A stretch of DNA of 34,932 nucleotides. Source: an uncultured Opitutales bacterium (GTDB lineage Bacteria > Verrucomicrobiota > Verrucomicrobiia > Opitutales > CAZEFS01). The notes under the pieces were generated by a model that searched no databases, had not been told where the DNA came from, and saw nothing but the letters and a program-made list of their open reading frames with translations. Numbering within the stretch: the first letter of the stretch is position 1; every line of letters begins with the position of its first letter. Both the position numbers and the translations under genes were made by a program. The stretch spans positions 1 through 34,932 of the forward strand of contig CAZEFS010000001.1 of NCBI GenBank assembly GCA_964511545.1. Reading direction: 5' to 3'. Positions 16,525 through 24,822 of the stretch are shown here, in pieces.

Positions 16525-17477
16525 TCATAGCACCTTACCCAGAGGAATATCGCTTGAGTCCGATGAATGATGAGCAGGATCATCAAACGGCATTGCTGTA
16601 TAGCCGTTTTTGAGATAAAATCTTAAGCTGCCCTGCCTCGATTCTACATGGATACTTTTGATGCCTGATGCTTTCAACCACTGCCTGATTAAGGCCAAAA
16701 ATTGACTACCCAAGCTTTGATTACGCTGATTCTCATCCACTACTATGATACGAATCGCCGCCCTTTGCTCAGACCAGAACTGAATATGGGCGTAAGCTAT
16801 AATCTCTGTACCTTGATATAAAACCAGATGGACATGCGCTTCATGATGAAATGTCCAGGTATAGGGGTCTTCTAGGCATTGAGGCTCAAAAAAATACTTA
16901 TCTCGAAAATGCTTCGCAGCAGCCCACTCAGTAGCGTCACTGCACTTCAGCATCCGAACTCTATTAAACCCCGCTTCTCTCAAAACGCTTCGAATAAAAT
17001 CGCCCTTGCGGAGCGTGTAATTTGTGAAAAGTGAATTTTCTTTATTCAATGATGATTCGTCTTGGATCAACTCCTTCTTAAGCTGGGCATAATCATCTCG
17101 TCTGTTCGGATGATTTCGTAGGTAATCCCTAAACATTAGGTTTAATTCAATTTCCGGATGAAATGCTTCGTATACATGAAGATTCAGGTCGATCTCTCCT
17201 CGCTTACTGAAACCATAGTGCAAGGGGATGTTGTATTCGCCTTTATGCTTCAGACCAATTGTCTCTAGTTGCTGAATTGCAAAAAGGGGTTTTGCACCAC
17301 AGCGATCATATCAATCTTAGGCTTAGCAGGAAGCCCTGGCACTGCAGTGGAGCCAATGTGGTGTATCTCTAAAAGGTTACTCCCTAAGGCTTGCTTGATA
17401 TGTGCTGCCTCTGCCTCAAACATATAAGGCCAGCTTGGGTTGTAGGGAAGAATCTCAATGTTTTTTGTTTTACTCAT
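16525..17477 (-). pseudogene. GrpB (UPF0157 nucleotidyltransferase-fold) :: GNAT acetyltransferase fusion, interrupted by a 1-nt frameshift
   Basis: The 70-aa ORF (17265-17477) carries the GrpB N-terminus (HIGSTAVPGLPAKPKIDMIAVV). The 232-aa ORF continues the GrpB C-terminus in another frame (upstream extension reads KPLFAIQQLETIGLKHKGEYNIPL) and ends in a GNAT domain (IIVVDENQRNQSLGSQF...YLKNGY). The frames switch within the run AAAACCCCTTTTT (17281-17293). Confidence 0.75.
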
Positions 17478-18234
17478 GTGATTTTAACTCTAATACAATA
17501 AACGTTATTAATTCACGAATATCAAAACAGCGATGAGGATGATGCTTGAAGTCTGAACGCTTAAGGCAATCCAGCAAAGAGCATAGATTCAATAAATGGA
17601 TAGTGCTAGACCAAGTATCAGGTAAGTCAATACCGCTTTTTTTTAAAGCATTGATGAAAGAAGTTTGAAATACAGGTGGCATTTTATGAGCGTATCTAAG
17701 CATGCTAGCAATATCCCAAAGATAAGACCCTGAAAAAGCAAATTCCCAGTCTAAAATTGCACTCACTTTCCAAACGTCTTTCACCTTATTTACCAAAATG
17801 TTTGCTGGATCAAAATCCCCATGAACAAGATGCTGTCCTTCTAAATAAAAACCTTGAGACGATCTAGATCATAGATAGCTGTGTTGTTCGAGGATAGTAC
17901 TAATTGCTAAAATGCTATCTGCAGTCAGCACAGATAATACCGTCTCATGGCTTAAACAATTCTTGGCACATTTTAAAACATCAGTACATGGGTAAGGCAT
18001 CACTCTTAATGCTTTATCCAAAAAACCTGTTTCTAAAAATGAATGCGATGCAATGCTTGATAGAGTCATGCCTACTTCATGCATGATTGCATTAAGGTCA
18101 TAAGGAACGTCTCCTAGCAAAAGATCCCGAAGGGGCATACCTGGCATAAACTCTGTAATGGCAAAGTGATACCCTGCAAGTTCACCGATGTAATACGTTA
18201 ACGGTACAGGTACGGTTTTTTTTATGAATGTTGC
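17470..18234 (-). pseudogene. Aminoglycoside/choline-kinase-type phosphotransferase (APH family), C-terminal two thirds, with an in-frame TGA
   Basis: Motifs HGDFDPANILV and ILDWEFAFSG. The ORFs 17470-17796 and 17869-18147 are in the same frame, separated by a TGA at 17869-17871. The reading frame continues upstream to the IS boundary at 18234. Confidence 0.85.
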
Positions 18235-18592
18235 TTAAACTACCTGACAAAAAAAAGGGGTAAGTTAAAAGCTTGATGAACAGTGGGAAAGCTGGCATCA
18301 AGCTTTTATGAAAAAAAAACACACTTACCCGATGGGTAGGCCATATTATATCGCTAAATAAGTCAAGAGCAAAGTGCTTAATGAGAATGATGACGGGGAT
18401 GATTACGCTGAGAACGGTCAATTTGAACCGATTAAGCCAGGCTTTTCGGCCGACGGTTCAAGAGGCCTCACACGAGCGCACCATGAGTCGTTTTCTGAAA
18501 GAAATACAGATAAATCCACTGGAAATCCTTCGGATAGTTAGAGCTATGCTCGCTGCGAAAAAAATAGAATACTTATGCAAATAGGTATCGTT

Positions 18593-18748
18593 TTTGTTGG
18601 CTTGTCGGGCGTCTCCACTACGCCATCTCCACTGCGCTGAAGCCTTCAGGCGTCGCTCTTCCCCCTACGCTCCTTGAGCTACGGGAGACAGGTAGCTTTT
18701 AAAGCGACGTGTCGGGCGAAGCTCAACGAGCGAAGCCCGAAGCCTGAA
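18593..18748 (+). repeat. GC-rich module Q copy, with a module-P-like segment nested in its hairpin loop, inserted in the transposase gene
   Basis: Shares the three blocks listed for 473-572. Here the two halves of the CGTCGCT/AGCGACG stem are separated by about 44 nt (18660-18702) containing CCCCTACGC. Flanking inverted repeat GGCTTGTCGGGC (18599-18610) / GCCCGAAGCC (18735-18744). Confidence 0.7.
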
Positions 18749-19292
18749 TAGAACAAACTGGAAAAGGGGAAAAAAGCACTTAAATTTCTTATTTATAGCT
18801 TTGAAAACGCAGCATTGGACCATCCCCATATGGGTCTTGCCTATCTGTGAGCAAAAACAAGGCAATCATAGCTTAGCTCAGCTAGAATCAGCTCTGGAGG
18901 CCGTTTTGAAGATAATTCCTGCTAAAAAAATAGATTATTTTTTAGGAGATACTGAATTTGGAGCACTGAGCCGAATTAAGCTTTTTCAAGAGAAGGGAAT
19001 TCCCTATATAGTCCGCCTAAAAGAGGAGTGGAATTGGGCTTATCAAGGCGAAGAGCGTCGTTATATTCATGAATGGTTTCGCGGTTTACCCGTAGGGAAA
19101 AGCCGCACTTTAGTGTTACAATTGGGAGAAAAAGCTGAAGTGACTACTTCGGTAACCGCTAAACGCCTCAAAGATGACAGTCTAATTATTGTGGCACATA
19201 ATTCATCCAAAAGAAATCCTATAGACATTTATCGATCCAGATGGAGTATCGAAACTCTGTTTCGTTCCCTTAAAACTAACAAATTTAATAGA

Positions 19293-19433
19293 TCCCTTGC
19301 GAAAGTAGGTATTTTGACTCCTGGGCAGGAAAAAATAGATGAAGAACCGCAGTGTACAGAAGTACATGAGGATTCTGAATGTATTTTTGACGAACCCAGG
19401 GAGCAAAAGACTTCTTTTCCCAAGGGTTCTAGT
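19293..19433. repeat. Small palindromic (MITE-like) in-frame insertion in the transposase C-terminal region
   Basis: 32-nt imperfect inverted repeats (24/32) at 19294-19325 and 19395-19426. ATAGA occurs on both flanks (19288-19292 and 19434-19438). The encoded acidic, low-complexity stretch of about 48 aa lies between KTNKFN and IESTGVTDP, where IS4-type transposases are normally contiguous. Confidence 0.5.
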
Positions 19434-19696
19434 ATAGAATCTACAGGAGTTACAGACCCTTTGAAACTGCGAAATTTAATCCATATTATCATTTTATGCT
19501 TCCTTTTTGTTCTCGATCAAGCCCAATATCTTTTTTCAAAGTTTCCCATTCCTTTTATCATTAAGGCACATGGCTATCCCGCTAAAAGTTATTGGAGATC
19601 CTTCTTTGACCGAATCCAATCCATCATTTTTGACCAATTTATCCCCTTCTTTTCCGCTTCCTATGCGTCCTAATTTTTTTTTGTCAGGTAGTTTAA

Positions 19697-19937
19697 ATGT
19701 TGCTAGTTTTTGTTCTTGATAAGCAGCAGCTTTACTGCGCAAATAAAGACGCAAAATCAGTGGTTGGTTTACATTTTCCAACTGAATTTTATAATTAAGA
19801 TTAGCGCACCCGCCAGCAATCAATTCAAATGCAGTAAGTTTTTTATCAGGATAAGCAAGGTTTATCATTCTTTCTACCATGCTATCTGGCAGCTGATATG
19901 TAACGCTTACTTTTTCCCAAGAGTTTTTAAACATCAC
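19697..19937 (-). pseudogene. APH-family phosphotransferase, N-terminal third (severed from 17470-18234 by the IS)
   Basis: The N-terminus carries ELIAGGCANLNYKI and ILRLYLR. Removing the IS plus one ATGTTGC copy restores a continuous frame ...YQEQKLATFIKKTVPVPLTYYIGE... The start codon (GTG 19937 or ATG 19934) overlaps the upstream GNAT stop. Confidence 0.85.
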
Positions 19938-20353
19938 AAGCTCCGCTTTAAAAAGATACAGCTAGAACCGCGCGTATAGCCCGACCTTTCAAAATCACTT
20001 ACGTATCCCAATTTTTCATAGAATAATTTTGTGCTCTGAAAGCTCATTGTGGCAACGGTGGCCATTGAACATCCTGATTTACGTCCATAGTCATGAACTG
20101 CTTCCATTAATTGATGTCCTAAGCCATTCTTACGATGAGCTGGATGTACCCATAATTGATCGGTATAAAGGCTGCCGAAAATGATACTCCCGTTGCAGCC
20201 TGCAATGATCTGATTGTCCTTATCTCTTATAAAAAATGCAAAAGGATGAGCTTCACCGAATTCAGGCGTTTCTTGATTGATTTTTTGTGTTAGAAAATCA
20301 ATATCTCCACTGGCACCTGTAGATGCATATTGAAGATCTAATGAAGATTCCAT
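19934..20353 (-). CDS. GNAT-family N-acetyltransferase
   Basis: 139 aa. Acetyl-CoA-binding motif QLWVHPAHRKNGLGHQLMEAV and the terminal FYEKLGY. Confidence 0.85.
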   Translation of the reverse strand: MESSLDLQYASTGASGDIDFLTQKINQETPEFGEAHPFAFFIRDKDNQIIAGCNGSIIFGSLYTDQLWVHPAHRKNGLGHQLMEAVHDYGRKSGCSMATVATMSFQSTKLFYEKLGYVSDFERSGYTRGSSCIFLKRSL

Positions 20354-20642
20354 GCCCTATGTTCCATTTTTTTACTCCAGGGATAGCTACTAACTATAGA
20401 GCAAACAAAAGTCATAGCCAATGAAAAGCGGCAAAAACAAGAAATATGCAAAAGAATAACCTTAAAAAATATGTTATCCTTTAAATTTATATAGATTTTT
20501 ACAACTAAAAAAATAAAGCAGGCTGAACAAAGTACCCGTTAAAATTTGTAAGTCTACTGGTGCCCTACCAGAAGTTTATTTTTAATAGAGTAATAATTAC
20601 TGGCTCTACTGAAGCATTTATAACCTGAGCCGAGCGTTTTTC

Positions 20643-21119
20643 TTAAGTTATAGCAGGAGATGAAGTTTGAACTAATAATTTTTGCTTAAGAATAGGGACC
20701 GCTTTTTTGCGTCTTTGCTTTTTATAGCCCTCGTCGGAAGCAGGAATTAATTCAATCAGTGCCATTTCCGCTGCATCTGTAGAGGTACGGTTTCCAAGCT
20801 TATAGATACGCGTATATCCACCGTGGCGATTAATGAATTCTTTTACAGTCTCGTCAAATAAATGCTTGATGACATCTCTATTTCTCACTTGGGCGATAGC
20901 TTGCCTGCGATAATGAAGCTTTTGCTCAGAGAGGCTTGTAGCTGCCGCTTTACGCGCCAAAGTCACAATTTTCTCAGCAAAAGGACGGAGAGCCTTAGCC
21001 TTAGCCAAAGTAGTTTTAATACGAGTGTGCTTAAAAAGAGCAGAGGCCAGGTTGGCCATGGTAGCTTCACGGTGCTCTTTTTTGCGACCTAATTGATGTT
21101 TGTGTTTAGCGTGACGCAT
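20643..21119 (-). CDS. rplQ: 50S ribosomal protein L17 (with a C-terminal extension of about 35 aa)
   Basis: MRHAKHKHQLGRKKEHREATMANLA...TTLAKAKALRPFAEK, and its position after rpoA. Confidence 0.95.
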   Translation of the reverse strand: MRHAKHKHQLGRKKEHREATMANLASALFKHTRIKTTLAKAKALRPFAEKIVTLARKAAATSLSEQKLHYRRQAIAQVRNRDVIKHLFDETVKEFINRHGGYTRIYKLGNRTSTDAAEMALIELIPASDEGYKKQRRKKAVPILKQKLLVQTSSPAIT

Positions 21120-21213
21120 AAAAAATAATTTTAATGGAGTTAAATAGATGCAATAAAGCTCTTAAGCGGTAAGAATGACCTATAGGGTTATCTAGAAAGA
21201 TTAGATGGATAAG

Positions 21214-22329
21214 CTAGGCAACAGGGCGGCTAGATTTAGACTTAGATCCAGGCTTTGGAGTTGATTCTTCAATGAACACAGCTTCCTCTGCAGGTATATC
21301 TGTTTCTCTTTCTAAAAATATATCCTCGGTATTGGGCCTATCACCCTCCAAAAACTGGCTGACGTTCATGCTTAAAGACAAGCCTAGCTCTTTTAATTTA
21401 TCGATAATTTCCTTCAGAGACTTTTTACCAAAATTACGATTTTTAAGTAATTCAGCTTCAGTTTTTTGAACAAGTTGCCCTATAGTTAGAATCTTAGCAT
21501 TATTGAGGCAGTTAGCTGCTCGGACAGAGAAGTCAATTTCATTGACGCTCATATTGAGCAGTGCACGCAACTTGTTGTTCTGATCATTGGCGGCCTTCTG
21601 CTTAGCCTCAAATTCGTATTCCTGATCACTCACCTGATCAAAGATACTGAGATGATGCTTGAGAATAGCTATTGCCTCCTTCAGTGCTTCATCGGGATGG
21701 ATACGACCATCGGTATGAATCTCTAAGATGAGTTTATCATAGTCAGTAATCTGGCCAACTCGAGTATTTTCAACCGCATACTTGACTAAATTCACAGGAC
21801 TAAATAAAGCATCAATAGGAATTTCACCTATAACCTGCTCTTCACGTTTATTATTTTCAGCAGAACAATACCCGCGACCAGATCTTACCTCGAATTCAGC
21901 ATAAAAAGGCTTCTTACGGTCAAGAGTACAAATCAACTGGTCAGGGTTAATGATACTGATGGAAGGATCACCCAAAATATCCGCAGCAGTAATAGCACCC
22001 TCTTTTTCAACGTTAATCACTAGCCGCACGGGTTCTCTTTTATTAGAAAACAATAATACTTTCTTAAGATTTAAGATAATATCCGTTACATCTTCCTTAA
22101 CGCCGTCTATGCTTTGAAACTCATGATGCACCCCTTGTATTTTCACATGAGTAATAGCAGCTCCCTCAATAGAACTCAGCAATACTCTCCTGATGGCATT
22201 GCCAATAGTATAGCCGTATCCTCTTTCAAAAGGCTCAGCTACATACTTAGCATAAGTGGGGCTTGCTTCTGCTAGATTTTTTGAGAACTTTCTTGGTAAT
22301 TCAAATTTCCCTAAACGCTTTAGTGACAT
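21214..22329 (-). CDS. rpoA: DNA-directed RNA polymerase subunit alpha (long form, 371 aa)
   Basis: GYGYTIGNAIRRVLLSSIEGAAIT, EDVTDIILNLKK and the alpha-CTD motif SVRAANCLNNAKILTIGQL. Confidence 0.97.
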   Translation of the reverse strand: MSLKRLGKFELPRKFSKNLAEASPTYAKYVAEPFERGYGYTIGNAIRRVLLSSIEGAAITHVKIQGVHHEFQSIDGVKEDVTDIILNLKKVLLFSNKREPVRLVINVEKEGAITAADILGDPSISIINPDQLICTLDRKKPFYAEFEVRSGRGYCSAENNKREEQVIGEIPIDALFSPVNLVKYAVENTRVGQITDYDKLILEIHTDGRIHPDEALKEAIAILKHHLSIFDQVSDQEYEFEAKQKAANDQNNKLRALLNMSVNEIDFSVRAANCLNNAKILTIGQLVQKTEAELLKNRNFGKKSLKEIIDKLKELGLSLSMNVSQFLEGDRPNTEDIFLERETDIPAEEAVFIEESTPKPGSKSKSSRPVA

Positions 22330-22362
22330 AGGAGATGAGTGTATATATATATATTGTTTAAT

Positions 22363-22968
22363 TTAGCGACTATAAAACTCGACCACAATCTGCATATTAA
22401 TTTCTTGTTCCAGCTCTGTAGGAATGGGGAAGCGCATTAACGTGGCAGACATAGCCTCGGAATTCATATCAATCCAAGCCGGTATGGCACGAGAATGAGC
22501 ATTTTCCAAATTCATATTTGCTTGGTGACGAGAAGATGTCTTGGGCCTAATTTCTATTTGATCCCCAACACGACATTGGTAGCTAGGAATATCTACTTTT
22601 TGGCCATTCACTTTTACGTGACCATGATTTACAAACTGACGGGCAGCAGGGCGAGACCTAGCCAATCCCATAAGGTAAACCACGTTATCCAAACGAGTTT
22701 CGAGCCCACGAATAAAATTTTCACCGGTGATGCCTTCAATACGCTTGGCTTCAGCCATATATTTACGCATTTGTTTTTCAGTTAAGCCATACTTAAATCT
22801 GATTTTTTGCTTTTCGATAAGGCCTTTTGAGTATTCTGTCTCACGACGCCTCAAGCGAGGACCGTGTATTCCAGGCAAATGAGGTTTACGCTCAAATGCT
22901 TTTTTAGGATTGAATACCGCCATTTTTAGGCGTCGATTAATTCTTGTCTTAGGACCAGTGTATCGCAT
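22363..22968 (-). CDS. rpsD: 30S ribosomal protein S4
   Basis: MRYTGPKTRINRR..., the S4 RNA-binding domain RLDNVVYLMGLARSRPAARQFVNHGHVKVNG. Confidence 0.97.
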   Translation of the reverse strand: MRYTGPKTRINRRLKMAVFNPKKAFERKPHLPGIHGPRLRRRETEYSKGLIEKQKIRFKYGLTEKQMRKYMAEAKRIEGITGENFIRGLETRLDNVVYLMGLARSRPAARQFVNHGHVKVNGQKVDIPSYQCRVGDQIEIRPKTSSRHQANMNLENAHSRAIPAWIDMNSEAMSATLMRFPIPTELEQEINMQIVVEFYSR

Positions 22969-22992
22969 ATAAATTTGATAGGATAAAAACGA

Positions 22993-23517
22993 TTAAACAC
23001 GACGCGGTTTTTTAGGCCTGCAACCGCCGTAAGCAACAGGAGTAGCATCTTTGATGCTTGAAACAACAATAGGTAAATTTGCTAGCGCTCGTACAGCCGC
23101 CTCTCTTCCTTGGCCAGCTCCTTTAATTTGAACATCTACCTCCCTAACGCCATGGGACATAGCTACTTTTGCCGCTTCTTGCATGGCTACCTGCGCAGCA
23201 TAAGCTGTTGACTTACGAGACCCCTTGAAGCCTACTTTACCTGCGCTTGAACTAGCTATAACAGCGCCTTCAGGATCTGTAATTGCAATATGTGTATTGT
23301 TGAAACTTGCCTTGATACAGCAGATAGCACGATGGACGTTCTTGCTTCCTTTTGCACGATGAACTTTTACATCCACTGACTCCAAGCTTAACAGATCAGC
23401 AGCTGATGGATGATTGACGACAGGACGTTCCACCTCTTGGGCTTTCTCAATCTTTTCAGATTTTCCGGCTAAATGGGTATCTTTTACCGCTGGTTTTTGC
23501 GTGTTTTTTTTAGTCAT
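22993..23517 (-). CDS. rpsK: 30S ribosomal protein S11 (with an N-terminal extension of about 45 aa)
   Basis: The core ICCIKASFNNTHIAITD...GFKGSRKSTAYAAQ...CRPKKPRRV. The ATG lies 12 nt after the rpsM stop. Confidence 0.93.
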   Translation of the reverse strand: MTKKNTQKPAVKDTHLAGKSEKIEKAQEVERPVVNHPSAADLLSLESVDVKVHRAKGSKNVHRAICCIKASFNNTHIAITDPEGAVIASSSAGKVGFKGSRKSTAYAAQVAMQEAAKVAMSHGVREVDVQIKGAGQGREAAVRALANLPIVVSSIKDATPVAYGGCRPKKPRRV

Positions 23518-23529
23518 AAAAAAATTTTG

Positions 23530-23904
23530 TTATTTACCGCGAACAGAGCCGATAGTGCGGCGCTTGCCTTTGCGTGTGCGGGCATTTGTAGAAGTACGTT
23601 GACCGTGCACCGGCAATCCCTTTTGATGACGAATTCCCCTATAGCACTTGATGCTCTGTAAAAGCTTGATATTAGCAGAAATTTCACGACGTAAATCACC
23701 CTCAACTACCCAATTTTGAGCAGTGATATAGGCCATAATTTTGCTAATTTGCTCTTCGGTCAGTTGATGAGCGCGCGTGTCCGGATGGATACTGAGATTG
23801 CGCACAACTTCTTGGGCCCGTGTAAGGCCTACACCATAGATGTATCTGAGCGCATATTCAATACGCTTATTATTTGGTATTTCTACTCCAAGTAAACGAG
23901 GCAT
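23530..23904 (-). CDS. rpsM: 30S ribosomal protein S13
   Basis: [26 protein letters not shown]... Confidence 0.97.
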   Translation of the reverse strand: MPRLLGVEIPNNKRIEYALRYIYGVGLTRAQEVVRNLSIHPDTRAHQLTEEQISKIMAYITAQNWVVEGDLRREISANIKLLQSIKCYRGIRHQKGLPVHGQRTSTNARTRKGKRRTIGSVRGK

Positions 23905-23965
23905 ATATTATTTTTTAATTTATCAATAACTGTTTAAAACTGAAATTTTTTAAAAGGCAAGCCTG

Positions 23966-24793
23966 TTATGAGCTTATTTTTAATAACGAGGACTGGTCAT
24001 GAGTTATTTTTTGCGATTTGTCAATACTAGTTAAAACTTTTGCTTCATTATTCGTAATAAGCACCGTGCTTTCAAAATGAGCAGAAGGACTCCCATCTTG
24101 GGTGAGAACAGTCCAAGCATCCTTAGCATAGTAAACTGAAGGCCTGCCTAGATTTACCATAGGCTCTATAGCCAGAGTCATTCCTTCTTTAAGGAGGGGA
24201 GTTTTCGCAATAAGATGTTGGGACGTTATAAAATTAGGAATTTGGGGTTCTTCATGTAAGGACTTACCAATTCCATGACCCACAAAATCCCTAACTACAC
24301 TTAGGCCTTGTTTTTCTACATAGGTTTGGATTGCTAAGGAGATGTCTCCTACACGATTCCCAGGTCTTGCTTGTTCTATACCCAAAAAAAGTGCATTTCT
24401 GGTGCTATTGACCAGGTGTTCCAACGAAGGTGGTACAGGGGGGAGGAGGAGGGTAGTAGCATTATCTGCGGCATAGCCATCATAAATAATACTGACGTCT
24501 AAGCTTACTAGATCACCTGTTTTTAGGATTTTATCTTGCTTCCCTATCCCATGAACAACTTCATCATTGACTGAGATACAAGTATAAGCTGGAAATACTT
24601 TATTACCTATACGATAATGGTAGCAAGCACTCTTGGCCTGATAACGCTGAATGGCCTTAAAAGCTATTTGATCTAAATCATATGTACTGATACCTACAGC
24701 GACAGCATCCGCCATTTCTTTTAAAACAAGAGCTGCTATTTTACCTGCGGCCTCCATTTTAATAATTTCTTGAGCTGTTTTAGTAGGAATCAT
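23966..24793 (-). CDS. map: Methionine aminopeptidase type I
   Basis: Metal ligand context VVHGIG, DVSIIYDGYAADNA, FVGHGIG, LAIEPM and FESTVLIT. Start assigned to the internal ATG at 24793 (MIPTKTAQEIIKMEAAGK), which avoids overlap with secY. The ORF track extends to 24886. Confidence 0.9.
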   Translation of the reverse strand: MIPTKTAQEIIKMEAAGKIAALVLKEMADAVAVGISTYDLDQIAFKAIQRYQAKSACYHYRIGNKVFPAYTCISVNDEVVHGIGKQDKILKTGDLVSLDVSIIYDGYAADNATTLLLPPVPPSLEHLVNSTRNALFLGIEQARPGNRVGDISLAIQTYVEKQGLSVVRDFVGHGIGKSLHEEPQIPNFITSQHLIAKTPLLKEGMTLAIEPMVNLGRPSVYYAKDAWTVLTQDGSPSAHFESTVLITNNEAKVLTSIDKSQKITHDQSSLLKISS

Positions 24794-24822
24794 ATCAATA
24801 GAACATATCCAAAGAAGGACTA

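Larger units (their letters stand above)
18381..19673 (+). pseudogene. IS4-family DDE transposase, disrupted
   Basis: N-terminal fragment at 18381-18584. The C-terminal fragment (18801-19673) extends upstream in frame to ...LNRTNWKRGKKHLNFLFIA. It carries LGDTEFG (second D) and YRSRWSIETLFRSLK (YREK). The two parts are separated by the GC-rich module at 18593-18748. A stop codon lies at 18582-18584. Confidence 0.85.
18235..19696 (+). mobile_element. IS4-family insertion sequence (1462 bp), degenerate copy
   Basis: Perfect 22-bp terminal inverted repeats: TTAAACTACCTGACAAAAAAAA (18235-18256) and TTTTTTTTGTCAGGTAGTTTAA (19675-19696). 7-bp direct target duplication ATGTTGC at 18228-18234 and 19697-19703. 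The internal transposase has a Y-x2-R-x3-E-x6-K signature. Confidence 0.9.

Noticed and set aside
17869-17871. In-frame TGA in the APH gene as evidence for TGA recoding (Trp/Sec/Gly)
   Set aside because: TGA is used as a genuine stop for rplX, the GNAT, the GyrI-like and the GrpB-GNAT ORFs in the same window. In addition, the APH gene is already destroyed by the IS, so a nonsense mutation is the simpler reading.
18182-18865. ORFs 18182-18421 (-) and 18665-18865 (-)
   Set aside because: They run antisense through the IS end, the transposase fragment and the GC-rich insertion, and have no independent support.
18231-19700. Alternative IS boundary with a TTAA target duplication (piggyBac-like), with IS ends at GTCAGGTAGT
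   Set aside because: Excision under that model leaves an in-frame stop in the APH gene. Treating TTAA as the IR tips and ATGTTGC as a 7-bp duplication restores a clean APH reading frame.
15110-20353. Integron cassette array hypothesis (small same-strand genes, including a Cass2/GyrI-like protein)
   Set aside because: The gene spacings are 13 nt, 97 nt and overlapping stop/start codons. There are no attC-like imperfect palindromes with GTTRRRY cores and no intI in the window.
20556-20572. Possible intrinsic terminator after rplQ (CTGGT-GCCCT-ACCAG)
   Set aside because: It has only a 5-bp stem and no T-run on the transcribed (minus) strand. This is not enough to annotate.
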